Shown here in pieces: positions 1 through 42,297 of a DNA stretch of 64,000 nt. How positions within the stretch are numbered: position 1 is the stretch's first letter; the number at the start of each line of letters is the position of its first letter. The stretch spans positions 620,001 to 684,000 of the forward strand of contig CAVNZM010000005.1 in the NCBI GenBank assembly GCA_963693365.1, written 5' to 3'. The notes below the pieces were generated by a model, which saw only the letters and a program-made list of their open reading frames with translations, searched no databases and was not told the DNA's origin. The DNA comes from Amoebidium appalachense (taxonomy: Eukaryota > Protista > Ichthyosporea). The position numbers were made by a program, and so were the translations under genes.

Positions 1-87
1 TTTATCCCGAATATCTCGAATATTCCCGATCACTAGTGCTACGCTAACGCAGGGCATACCGGATGGCTATCCTGTTCGACACTCACA

Positions 88-924
88 ATGCCAACTTGCG
101 CGGCTAACTACTGCAAAAATGACGAAGAAACAGTCTCTCCCAAAGATCCTACCAGGAAGATAAAGCATTTTACTGTTCCATATGGATGCAAACCAAATGT
201 ATTGGCTAGGAGGCATGCTTGGTTAAATGCTATAGGCAGGCAGGAGCAAACAAAGTATGAGCGGAAACAAATAGCAGAACACACAAAGCAAGCACCCCCC
301 GACCCAGACACACACACAGACACAAGGCCAAAGGCCTCGGATGGGACAGACGTAAATACAGACACAACCACTACTGAGACACACACAGCTGACACACAAT
401 CCGAAAATGCCAATGACTCGGCTGTGCCAGCTGAGTAGTCGGCACAAGAACCACAACCAAAGAGGAAACGGGGGCAACCGAAGGTGGAAGTCCCCTGGCC
501 ACTGGCTATCCTTAAGCAACTGGTTGTATGCGAGGCACATTTCACCGATGATGATATTACTGCTAAGAATGGAAAACTGAAATTAACAAAGGATGCATGT
601 CCCATCCGAATGGAACTAGACCCGATGTACAGAGAGAAGGTACAGCTATTGAGGGAGGAAAGGGCCAATAGTCATATGCAAGCTGTAGGAATGGATGCCT
701 CAGATAATGAGCAAACACGGAAACGAGCGAGGGAGCGGGGGGAGACGAGCAGTGAGAGGGCTTTTGGGCGCATGAAAAATTATCGGCTGTTTAGCAATCA
801 GGTGCAGATGTCGATGGTAGGCACCCATTGGATGGTAGCTAAGGCTGTGGCTTTCTTGTGTAACATGCAAGAGCCACTATATAAGGATATGGTGGGGCCC
901 GGGCACACCAAAAGCATGGTGTAG
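88..924 (+). pseudogene. THAP-domain transposase remnant (THAP N-terminus joined to the last ~50 aa of a Harbinger/ISL2EU DDE transposase)
   Basis: ORFs 88-438 and 484-924 share a frame, separated by one TAG (436-438). THAP signature: MPTCAANYC...HFTVP...RRHAWLNAIGR...VVCEAHF...LTKDACP. The C-terminal ERAFGRMKNYRLFSNQV...AVAFLCNMQEPLY resembles the (H)VERAIGRxKxF...VCxxLxNLQxPL end of ISL2EU transposases. The central catalytic region is missing. Confidence 0.7.
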
Positions 925-967
925 AATTTTCGTTTTCGATTGCCTCTCCCTAAAGCCCCCTTCTCTG

Positions 968-1054
<87 letters not shown>

Positions 1055-1248
1055 AAAATATGAATGAATGCTTGCATGTATGTATTCGGCCAGTAGGGCT
1101 CCACTTTTCCTGTATAGGAAAATAATAATAATAATTGAAATTATTATGTATTTGTGTGCCAAGTACAACCTTGAGTCGTTCTCTCCCCCCCTCCCCCCCC
1201 CCCCCCCTCCCCCCCTTCACACACACACACAACCACGCACACACGGAA

Positions 1249-1299
<51 letters not shown>

Positions 1300-1548
1300 T
1301 TTGCACACACGCACGCATGCACGCCCCCCCCCCCCCCCCACACACGTGTGTGTGTGTGTGTGGGGGGGGGGGGGGGGCAGGTAGGCACGTATGCAAACAC
1401 CAAGGGGGGAGGAGGGACCGGGGGGAGGGGGGGGGGGGGGGGGGGTAGGAAACATATGCAGGCACCAGGGTCTGGTACATTGCTCTCAGATTTGACACAC
1501 GGTCTTCATTCATTCATTATAGGTTCACTAGATCGGTCAGAAGATCAC

Positions 1549-1648
<100 letters not shown>

Positions 1649-1671
1649 CACATTATGAAAGATAACGTAAA

Positions 1672-1704
<33 letters not shown>

Positions 1705-1746
1705 AAGGAAAACAGAATCATTCAGTTGCATTTTCAGTGTTCGTGT

Positions 1747-3099
1747 TCACTTCTTCTTCTTCTTCCACTTTTTGTGGTTTTCTGCCCTGTATGATGGATA
1801 CATTTGCACCATAAACTTTTCATTCCAGGTAAAACTATACTTGTGTCCAGTAGGGTCTATTTGCTGTACAAATGCACGGAGCCCTACAAGGTCAGGCTTG
1901 TACTACATGATTGGGCCAATTCTTCTACACTTGGTCCTACTATCCGCCTCTTTTTCGTACCATCTGCATATTGCATCTCTATAACCTCTTCACCCTCATC
2001 ATTGCATCTCTATAACCTCATCACCTCAGCCCCGTTTTCATACGTTCCATGTTCGTATTCAAGATCCCACCACTCAACCTCTTCCTCCACTGCTTCACCT
2101 CCTTTCCGTCCGATTTCGACTCTTCCTGCCCGTTCGTCCCCACCCTGCTTGTTTTCTGTGCTTTTAACGGGCTTTTCCTTCCCTCTTTTCCCCTTTCTGA
2201 CCCGTTGGATATGCTGGAGCAGATCTGTGAACACAACCCCCGCAGCTACCGGCCTTCCCTCGCGTCCCCAGGCCCGGCACGCCTCACTTACAGCTGCGTG
2301 CAAAGTGCCCATGCCAATTCCCCTGAGCTTTTTCACATAATCACAGCCATTCACAATAGCAAAATAACGCAGTATTTCTATATCCCATCCGTCGAAGTTG
2401 TACTTTGTGCTTCTGGTAAAAACATCGGCGGGGGTTACAATCACTCCGTACAGTTTGGGAATGCGCACCGCATTAGCGGTCCCAGGGATGACCGCCGCAT
2501 CCGCAATGCGCAGTTTGTATACAACCCGCGGGATGTTATACAGAAGAAGGTCGGCATCCTCAGTGACAACAGTGTGTGCCAAACCGGTACGTGCCATCAT
2601 AGGCAAGCTGGGGGTCTGCTTCGTATGGAGCTACTGTGTAATCGACATTCTCATCTTTCAGTCTAAGGATGATTGCATGTAAAACTCTGTTATCTAACTC
2701 TGCAGCGCTTCTCCATTTGTTTTTAGTTACTTCCTCCTGTTTCTCTCTTTTTGTGGCTATTTCTTGGCGGGCTTTGACCACCTTTTCTGCACGGTCGTTA
2801 TCAACTAGTTTTCCCTCTTTCAATCTGCGCCCATCAAACACATAGTGTGGCTGGACCCCTGCTAGCCTATACGTATTAACTTTGGACATAAAGTGATTTG
2901 CAATAGCTGCATATGTGTCGTCTGTGACTTTTTTGTCATCTATTTGCTGTTTGGCTACTGTGTCAGCGAAAACTGAAAAGGACTTGTGGACCTGCACCAT
3001 CCCGTCAAAAGCAACTACCCCACGTTGCAACTCTGCAGTAACATCTGTGGCTTTTTCGGCACTAATGCCGAGTGCTGGGAGCAAGCCCTGCACACCCAT
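1747..3099 (-). pseudogene. Intronless XPG/FEN1/EXO1-family 5' nuclease, frameshifted
   Basis: MGVQGLLPAL, VAFDG, HYVFDG, APYEADPQLAY, then one extra base near 2598, then MARTGLAHTVVTEDADLLLY and GCDYVKKLRGIG (H3TH). The acidic catalytic motifs are retained. The tail beyond ~2010 is broken by an 18-bp duplication (TTGCATCTCTATAACCTC) and a stop. Confidence 0.85.
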
Positions 3100-3624
3100 G
3101 GTAAAAGTGCATGTATTCAAAGTAGTTTCTTTTCATGAAAAAAATTCTTTCGGGTTGTGCGCCCTCTGCGTTAACGTGCGAACACAAAACTCGTTGTACG
3201 GTGTGGGTGCGTAGCAACGCGTTACGTAATCAGGGGGAAAAAAGGCGGCGCCAGAAAGAAATCGGGGACCACTCAAAATCGCCGATCCCGTATCCCTTAA
3301 TTATTCTTCTCAATCGCCTCGACATATCGATTGCACTGTGGATCGGCCATCTAGAAATCCAAATATTGCCAAATTTCAGCGATTGGATGTGGCTCACAAA
3401 TGACTTTGGGGAATGTGCTGTGGAATGTATTAGTGTGCACACATTCCTGCTAGCACCAGCTGGCACCAGCTTCAAGTAAGCGAGCTGATTCAACATAGGC
3501 TGTACGCAATGTTATCCAACGCGTTTATAATCCCTGTAGCTATAACACTTCATTATTAGCTAGCTGTAGTTACACTTGTACTCTAGGAGTGGCTAAGGTA
3601 GTGCCGGGTTAGAGGGCTGTGAGG

Positions 3625-19667
<16,043 letters not shown>

Positions 19668-20456
19668 AGGGGGAACATGGGACCACCCTCATGCCCCTGC
19701 ACGCCTGTGTGTGTGTGTGTGAGCACGTGTTCGGTATGTTTGGATGCAATATACCTTTTCATCACCTGCATGCACGGACACGGCCACATCATATTTAGTA
19801 CACAGGCACGCAGAAAACACACGTCTGGCCTGTGAAGAATTTTCCCCCACGCCTGCGCAGTCACAGCACTCACACAATGAAAGAACCTGTGTCTTCATCT
19901 TACACTGGTGAACTCAAGTCTGCATTCACGTAAACTGTTTTTTTTTGTACTCGAACATTGTGATAGGTGAAGGGTTTGAACTGGCAATTATAGTGATGTT
20001 TGTTGCTTTTTGTGGGCGGTTGGGGTTCATGGATTAACTCGAACCAGCAACCTGCACATGCGTAGGCAAAATAGGATGGTGTGCATGGTCTATACACGTG
20101 CAATCCAAGGCTATGGACACACATACCATGAAAATATCAATAGACATACACGTGTACATAAAACAATTGGATATAGGCATATGATTGGAATGCACGATTT
20201 TATCACGGAAGATATATATATACATATATGAAGCATACATAGGTGATACTCGTTTAGAAGATGTTCGCGCTGTCAGTGGCAACATGCGGAATACTGCTAG
20301 GTCGATAGAAGAACAATGTGATGAATGTGTGCTGCAGATCTGTGTCCTGCACTTGGTATTGGAGTAGGCAAAGGAAGGTTCGAGAAGGCACCAGCTCAGG
20401 CTGTGGCCAAAGAGACTGCCACAAGAAGAAATATAGTGACCCAGCTGTTCCTGGGC

Positions 20457-20493
20457 ATTTGAATTTAATGTAATCCAGCCATCACTAATGACG

Positions 20494-20534
<41 letters not shown>

Positions 20535-20846
20535 ATGTGTGTGTGCCTCTCTCTCTCTGTTTGTGTGTGTGTGCGCGCGTGCGTGCATGTGTGTATGTTG
20601 CTTCAATGGTCTTGGACAGACTGAGGTGTGTATTCACTTGCTAATCTTTCATTTAAATTTAGTGTAATCTTGCCATCACTAATAACGACTGTGTGTGTGT
20701 GTGTGTGTGTGTGTGGGTGTGTGGGTGTGTGGGTGTGTGTGTGCATGTGTGTGCGCCTCTCTCTCTCTGTTTGTGTGTTGTGCGCGTGCGTGCATGTGTG
20801 TATGTTGCTTTAATGGTCTTGGACAGACTGAGGTGTGTATTCACTT
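20457..20846. repeat. Imperfect tandem duplication, period ~194 bp, containing a (GT)n tract
   Basis: GCCATCACTAAT(G/A)ACGACTGTGTG...AATGGTCTTGGACAGACTGAGGTGTGTATTCACTT occurs twice. Confidence 0.85.
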
Positions 20847-20888
20847 CTAAGGTTTTACCTAGTCCATTGCAGTCTTGTAAACCCCCCC

Positions 20889-20955
<67 letters not shown>

Positions 20956-21678
20956 CTCGTTAAGGCCACGGCACTCCCATCAGTCTGCAGGTTGAACATA
21001 TCGTTTTGGAGGAATTGTTTATCTTCAGTGATGCACACTTTCCACGTGAACCGTGAAGTAGCCCGTAAGTTATGTACATGGCCCTTTAAGTTGATTACCT
21101 GTACGGCGCAGGGCCTATGTGTAGCATACAAATACACCGAATCAGAAGCTGCAAGGACTTTCTACATACTATACTATACAACCCTAATCCCGTATGTACA
21201 CTGGCATTTCAAAAACTAATTTCACGGTGTTTCAGTTTGTTAGGCTTCATAGTTAACGTTGCCATAGTGTCAAAATTTATGCTTGACCATACGGACCTCT
21301 ATATATGCAATTGGGGTTTGATAAGTCTTTCAGGTACCACGGAGAACCACCTTAATCACTCCCATAGAAAAATGTGAGTTTAGGCAAATATCTGTGCCAA
21401 AAAACTAGATATCTGCATTATAACTTTACTGGATGGGGGAGAGAGAGAGAGACACACACAGAGAGAGAGAGCGAGAGAGAGAGAGAGAGGAGAGAGAGCC
21501 TCAGGACAGAGAGCGAAAGGAGGGAGGGAGGGCGGGCGGGAGGGAGGGAGGGAGGAAGAGAGAGTGTGTGTCACGTGTGAATGTGTGTGCGCGCGCGCGA
21601 AATGGAAGGGTGCGCTGGGCCGGATGTGCGTGCGTGCGTGCGTGTGTGTGTCTGCGTGTGTTTGTGTGTGTGTGTGTG

Positions 21679-21749
<71 letters not shown>

Positions 21750-21918
21750 TCTGTGAAGATAACCGTGCATGTCTGGTTATACTATGGTTCCCAACGACTG
21801 TCAGAGTCTGTTTGGATTTGGTATTCTATTTAGGCTTTGGCACATCCCCCCCCCCCCTCCCCGCCCCCCTCCCCCCCCCCCCCCTCCCCCCCCCCCCTCC
21901 CCCCCCCTCCCCCCCCCC

Positions 21919-21949
<31 letters not shown>

Positions 21950-21989
21950 ATACGTACACACTGTCACCGCGTTATAAGAACTACCCAAA

Positions 21990-22021
<32 letters not shown>

Positions 22022-22207
22022 GGGGGGGGGGGGGAGGGGGGGATACTTATGAATGACACAGGTGGCCCAGGTGACCGTTCAGAATTCCACCGTTTTTTCG
22101 GTGCATGTGGGCACGCATGTGCTCAGGCAAGCAATCCATGCGCGCACACCCAGGCACACATATATGCATACACGCACACACAAAAAAGCCACCACGGCCC
22201 TTCCTCC

Positions 22208-22269
<62 letters not shown>

Positions 22270-22396
22270 TGGATGGGGAAAAAAGAGAGAGAATTTTGAA
22301 AAGAAAAAGGAAACAAAGAGACACTTAATTCTATGTTGAAAGAGGGTCCCCTCCGGCCATGGTTTGAATTATGGCAGGGCCCAGAGTCCGACGTGA

Positions 22397-22428
<32 letters not shown>

Positions 22429-23342
22429 GCTCCGGGCGCAAATATGATCCAATCGAACGCGGGCAGATACATCAACCCCCCCCCCCCCCCATTCCCCCTC
22501 CCCCCTTTGGACTACTGCCACCATTGTGTATGTATTACTTATCCCCCCCCACACACACACCGTGACCACCACCACCATCACAAACACCCACACACACACA
22601 GGAGCAAAAAGTCCCCCCCCCTCCCCCCCCCCCCCCCCCCCCCACACACACACAAAAAAAAGGAACGAAGAATTTCTGTTAGGCAGTAGCAGGCATCCGA
22701 TTTCTCACACATCAGTAACATTGCTCACTGGAGCACATTTATATCATTACCCAGTCTAGAAGATATCGGAGGGTATGCAGAAGTATTTGCTTCTTTCTTT
22801 CTTTTACTGTTCAGCTAACAGTGTGCACAAGACATTGAAATGATTTTTGTATGTGATGTAAAACTGTCGGGCAGGTGACTCCAGGGGAGCTTTCAATGTG
22901 GAGTAAGGGTGAAGGGGCACGCGAGAGATATGGGTATACCTGTGTGGGTAATCATCACGAGGGCCCGCCCCTTCATCCTTATTCCCACCCCAACACCCTT
23001 GCATCATGTTTGATAACCACACCCATGCATGGTCACACACACAGCAATGCAACAAAATCTCATCAAAGGAATTGTGCTGTAGTGGAGTACAGTCGATAAT
23101 TTGTACGTTCTCGTTGAACTTTTCATTCATACCCTTGTACACAACATGCTAACATTCGAAGTGGCCACTACAGTATTAACTTGGCCCATTTAAACCAGCG
23201 CTTTGTCTCTTTTACCGGGTGTGCATACATGCATTGTACGTCAAATTTTCTTAGATGTCGGATAACTCTAGTAGCTTTAAGTTTCTGGAGGTAAAATAGG
23301 TGCTGCACGACTCCCTTGCCTCAACAACTCAACCTGTAAATG

Positions 23343-23403
<61 letters not shown>

Positions 23404-23465
23404 CGCGCACGCGCGTGTACTTGTGTGTGTGTCACGTGCTTGTAAACAAATGTGTGCAAGTACAT

Positions 23466-28808
<5,343 letters not shown>

Positions 28809-29535
28809 CCTCGTAGGGTGTCGCGGAAGACCACAACAAGCGCTCCAAAAAACTCGTGTATTCAAAGGTACTATGACGCAGTTAACTATTTAAAACGACA
28901 CTACATCTGTTTACTGTGATCACAACAGTTTACTGTGTTTACTGTGATCACAACAGTTTACTGTTTACTGTGATCACAACAGTTGTTTACTGTGATCACA
29001 AAATCACGACTAAATTATAGAATGCAAAGAGCTTCGGCACTCCGGTGAGTGTGGAAGACTGGACAAACGTCTATAAACCAGCTGCAGTTTGTTTATCCAA
29101 TCACAAGCCTTTATAGCTAATATTTATATTTTGCTGGTAGAACGATGTAGCCGCTATCATAATCGAGAGCTTTATAAACGGTAAACCACATGCGTGACAT
29201 TCACACCTCATGTACAGGACAGACCCGGCACCTGCAGCTCGGCTGCCACGCATGCATGCATATCGTTTTGGCCTGAGAGCGAGAGAGAGAGGAGGGAGAC
29301 AGAGAGAGAAAGAGGCTGCTGCTTTTTTTTCCGTTTTAGAACAACAGGTGATCTAGGACCTTAAGGCGTAGAAGGGATAGTAGAGCTTTGGTACAGTTTA
29401 GTTGGGAAAGCAGGCATAGTACATGTTTGCCGGTTCGTTGTGACCGAGCGTGCGCCGAACTATTTTCTGAAAGCCACCTCAGTTTTCTGTGAGAATATAA
29501 AGTGAGCTTGGGTTCCAGAGCTTGAAAGGGAGAAA
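28809..29535. promoter_or_regulatory. Probable bidirectional promoter between OCA1 and MRPL44
   Basis: Head-to-head ATGs about 730 bp apart; microsatellite-poor; four copies of TGTTTACTGTGATCACAA at 28908, 28936, 28962 and 28984. Confidence 0.6.
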
Positions 29536-37279
<7,744 letters not shown>

Positions 37280-37348
37280 TTGGTTGAGAATTAGACACCC
37301 GTGTGTGATCGTCTTGATAGTTGTGTACCTGGTAGTTTTTTTTTGGGT

Positions 37349-37379
<31 letters not shown>

Positions 37380-37976
37380 GTAGATTTCAAATTGGACGTT
37401 GCAGCAGGTGGCCGCTGATACGTCTGTGGCTATTCCATGGGGTGCAGGAGGCAGTCGGAACGAACACGTGCTGGGCACGTGCACCTGTGAAAACTTTTGA
37501 TCTTTGTCTATTTCTGTCTTTGGGACCTGTCGATGTGTTACTAAATCTCCCTAATAAACAACACATAATGCCTCTGGTTGTCTGGGTGAGTGTCGGCTAT
37601 TGCCGGTACGATTGTTGTGTTTTTGGCACGTATGATGATGGAGTCATAGGCACATCTGCCCGACGTGCATATGACATGTACAGCTGGGGGCCGGGGGATC
37701 CACACGTTCTGTTTCCAGGACACAAATTTGTGTTCCAGGTGTGTACATACGTACCACGGTACGTATGTGCCTACACCCTCCCCCCGTTTCCCCCAACACA
37801 CACACACACACACACAGACACACCATGTGATGGCGTCACATGTGGATCACGGCGATCCAGATCAGTTTTTTGTTGGAAAAACATTTTTCGAAACGGCACC
37901 GCCAGACGCCAGTTTGTCTCCCCGCGCGAGGCTCAACGTTCTATATAGTAGCTACCATCGCTTCTCATTCGCAAAC

Positions 37977-39519
37977 ATGGCTCTCATCAACAAGCTGGAC
38001 GGCCGCACGGTGTTTGTGGCTGGTGCGTCCAGGGGCATAGGCCTGGAGTTTGTGCGCCAGCTGGCAGTCAAGGGGTGCACCATCTATGCCACACACAGGT
38101 GTGTGTGCAGTCGGCCCAGCCGGTTAACAAAACTTAGATGCCACTCTGGCACGTGCTACACGCACATAGGCACCGCCCTTATATTTCCATGGGGATCTCA
38201 CTAGAGGGGAGCAGATTTTCACTTCAAGCCGCCCCTCCTCCCCCTCCCAGCCCCTTCCCCTCCTTCCTCTTTCCTCTTCTCCCCTCACCCGGCTTGTGTG
38301 CGTTGTGTGTGTGTATTTGTGTATGCGTCTGTGGACTGTCTGGGTTTAGGGGTGTGTGTGTTTGTCATGGTGTGCATTTGCGTGCGTGCGTGTGCTTCTT
38401 TTTTTTTTTTTTTTGGGTTGGGGGGGGGGGGGGGGGGGGGGGGGGGAGGTCGAGGGGGGAATGTTGCTGCCGTCTTGTCCTTTTCTAGAATTTCATCCTC
38501 TCTCCACATTTCCCAAGATCCCAGAGTACTTCCCATTCCAATAAACTGAAAAATCTACCATTGTCTCAGGGTTTGCCCTTTCCAAACCCCCGCCCTCCCC
38601 CCTCCCCCCCGGCCCCTTCCGCCGCACCCACACCCACACACAACTGGTGCCAGCCCCCCCCCCCTCCCCCCCCCCCCGGGGGAAATGCTTCCTTCATTCT
38701 TGCTGAGCTGGCACCAACTATCCGCCGGGCTCAACTAAGACATTATTGTAATAGATAAAGCAAAAAGGATCCAGGCAGATATGAAGTAGGAAACCTCCAT
38801 CAAGTTGAAACCCCCTTCTCCCTCCGGAACCCCCGAGCCGCCCATGCGTGACTAACCAAAATTTGGCAGTGTGCCCTTCTCCTCCCCCCTTCTCCCCTTC
38901 TCCCCCCCCCCCCCTCTCCCCCCCAAAAAACTTTCCCCTCCCCCATTCCCCTTTTTCCCATAACCCCCACGATCCTAATCAGTTCTTGAACCCACACAGG
39001 GGCTCCGACGTGCCTGAGGACCTGTCAGCCATGGTTAACAAATATGGCAACCAGGTGACTCCCCTCAGTATGGACGTGACGGATGAGGCCAGCATCCAGG
39101 CGGCAGCCAAGAGGGTTAAAGACCTGGGGGTGAGGCTGGACTGCCTGATCAATAATGCCGGTGTGATGCAGCAGGACAGACAGGGAACCCTGGACCAGGT
39201 GTCGCGAAACATGACCCCCCCTCCCCCCCTCCCCCTCCCCCCCCCCCCCCCCCCCCCCTTCCCCCCCCCCCCCCCCCCCCCCCTCCCCTTTCCCCGCCCC
39301 CCCACAAAAAAAAGGAATGAGAAATAAAAAGCTTGTTCTTCTTCCCATCCTGCCTACTCTTCCCACCTCCTTCTTGTGCTTCGGTTCAGATATATTTGCT
39401 TCATGTTTATACTCCTATCTAAAAATGTCTCAATATTAGTTTGTGCCCCCCTCCCCCCCCCCCCCCCCCCCTCTTTTTTTTTTTCTCGGCTTCCCCGATG
39501 ATGACAAGGTTGTGTGTGT

Positions 39520-39568
<49 letters not shown>

Positions 39569-39657
39569 GGGGGGGGGTGGGGGGTGGGGTGGGGTGGGGG
39601 CGAGGGGGAGGGTCAATGCGGTAAGCGAGATCTTAAGGGCCTGAACCCCAACAACCA

Positions 39658-39690
<33 letters not shown>

Positions 39691-39898
39691 GGGGGGGGCA
39701 GACGTGCACGTCTCCACATACCTTTATGAGACCAACACTCACACATATATCACACATCAAAAAAGAGCCTGTGCTGATTGTTCTACCTACCTGCTCTCCC
39801 TGAATCCTAAATCCCCCCTCTCCTCCCCCCTCCCCCGCCCTCTCTACCTGGCCCTCGACCACTTGCATTCATGCACACAGGGGGTGCCACGCGCGCAT

Positions 39899-39949
<51 letters not shown>

Positions 39950-39953
39950 TACA

Positions 39954-40028
<75 letters not shown>

Positions 40029-40886
40029 CTCCCAGCCGAAGACATGCTTCGCTGCTTCACCGTCAACACGCTTGGTCCCCTGCTTGTCTCCAAACACTTT
40101 TTGCCACTCATGAACAAGGGCACAACACCACCCCCGATCATTGCAAACATGACCAGCAAGATGGGCAGTGTGGATGACAACAGCAGTGGGGGCTACTATC
40201 CCTACCGGGCATCAAAGTGTGCACTCAACATAGTCACAAAGAGCATGGCTATTGACTTGAAGGAGCAGGTGGGTGGGTGGGTAGGTGGGTAGGTGGGTGG
40301 ATGTAGGTGTGGGCGGGTGAGTGCGTGTGTGACCACGTGTCTGTGTGTGTGTGTGTGTGTGTTTGTGTGTGTTTCCTTTCTCTCTGCCTCCCCCCCCCCC
40401 CTCCCTCCCCCCCCCCCCCTCCACCCCCTCCTCCTTCCCCCCTCTCTCTTTGAAGTTGGTGTGTGCAATGGTGCCTGTTGCGGAAGTGTCACAGTGTAGA
40501 GGGACTAGTGCAGGGTGGTGTCTGTCTGTGTGTGTGCTTATTTATTTATTTTTCCTTTTTTTCTTTCTTTCTTTTTTTTTTTTTTTTTTTTTGTGGGGGG
40601 GGGGGGGGGGGGGGGGGGGGGGGATGGATTTGGGGGAGGTAGCAAGGGCAAAAAAAAGAGCTGGCAGGGGGGGAAGGGGGGGAAGGGGGGGGGGGGGGGG
40701 GACAGGGGGGTTGTGCCAATGCCATAACATGATTTTTTTTTTTTTTTTTTTTTAAGAAGTAGAAATAAATCCCCCCTTCCCCACCCTCCCCCCCCCCCCC
40801 CCCCCCCCCCCCACACACACACACCCCAACCCCAACCCCACCCCCGTTTTTTACCCCTCTTTTGTTTTAATGCTCCTCATAGAATT

Positions 40887-40918
<32 letters not shown>

Positions 40919-41111
40919 CCTCCTCCCCTGCCGGCCCCCCAGGGGCTCCGAGACACACACACACTTGCACTCATCCCCCCGACCATGCTGTGCAATGCCA
41001 TAATCCTGTGCTTGAAGCAATCACTCACATGATCCCTGCCCCCCTATCCCCATAGCGTGTACATAAAACTTGGCATTACTGAAACACTGGCAGTCAGAAC
41101 AAAAATGTTCA

Positions 41112-41188
<77 letters not shown>

Positions 41189-41369
41189 ACACACACAGGG
41201 TATTGCCGTTGTGCTTATGCATCCGGGCTATGTCCGCACGGACATGACTGGGGGCAGGGGGCTTATCGACGTGGATCAGTGCGTGTCTGGTCTGATCGAG
41301 GAGATCGAGAAGACGACACTCGGCAACTTCCGCTTTGTTGACTTCAAGCATGACATTGTGCCGTGGTAG
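37977..41369 (+). CDS. Short-chain dehydrogenase/reductase, C-factor (CsgA)/sniffer-like
   Basis: Exons 37977-38098, 39000-39198, 40029-40268, 41199-41369. Motifs: [38 protein letters not shown] (YxxxK), [10 protein letters not shown] and a terminal VPW. Confidence 0.92.
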
Positions 41370-42167
41370 GCACGTGTGTGGGTATATTTGAAAAAATCAT
41401 AGACACTAATGAAAGTAATTTGTGCGGTCAGAGTGTTGATGGTAGGGGTCGTGGTTTCGAGCAGTGTTCACTTGATCTGAAATAGAAACACTTGGCTCTC
41501 TCCACACTTACTGGTACTATATGTAACACGCGTTTGCCGTGTTGTTCCCTTTACTTCCAGCATATGCTGGAGAAACAGAAAGGTAGACACATTGGATCTA
41601 GTTGAATTGCCATTCCCAGTGTACAGCACGCTTTCCATATTTGGGATTGTACATGCGTTTAGGATTATCAAATAGACTTTTTACCTTAAATATTTAGCGT
41701 GACCATGGTGACACTGTAACGAAATCTGCATTCTAGTTCTTTTCGTTCTAGCTCTTCACCGAGCCTCTTGTGCCCCTTGTATAACTGTAATGTAATGATT
41801 GATACATCCATGCATATACTTGAAAAAGGAAGGAACCCCAACTTTGCGCATGCCCACCATGCCACAAAGGCTTTTTCACCATCAATGCAAATGTAGCCGG
41901 GCTCTTCTGATTATATCGCCCGAAGGCACACATGGGCACGCCATCCACCTACATACAACCTTCTCTGGGCCACCGCGGCTGAGTACACGCACACAGTTTG
42001 TGCACAAACTCGTCCTGGGCGTTGTTGCCCCCCCCCCCCCCCCTCGCCCCCCCCCCACACACACGCACACACAACACACACACACCACACACACACACAC
42101 ACACACAAGGTGACATCATCTACCAAGTTGGTTTTGTAGTCACTTCGGCGCCATCTGCCATGTTCGA

Positions 42168-42297
42168 TTTCGCGGGAAGCCCTTTGATTGGCTGACCATT
42201 TGGCGGGCGACTTTGATTGGTGGAGCGTCACACCCCTATTTCCAGCCTTTGGACTCTCGCATTTGCATTGCTTGTAGATTCCGTGCCAACGCGAAAA
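42168..42297. promoter_or_regulatory. E2F-site / CCAAT-box cluster upstream of DP
   Basis: TTTCGCGGGAA (42168), ATTGG (42187), TTTGGCGG (42199), ATTGG (42216), ACGCGAAAA (42289). Confidence 0.6.

Noticed and set aside
2010-3120. Functional host EXO1 gene
   Set aside because: It is intronless, frameshifted near 2598, has a broken tail, and is paired with a transposase remnant.
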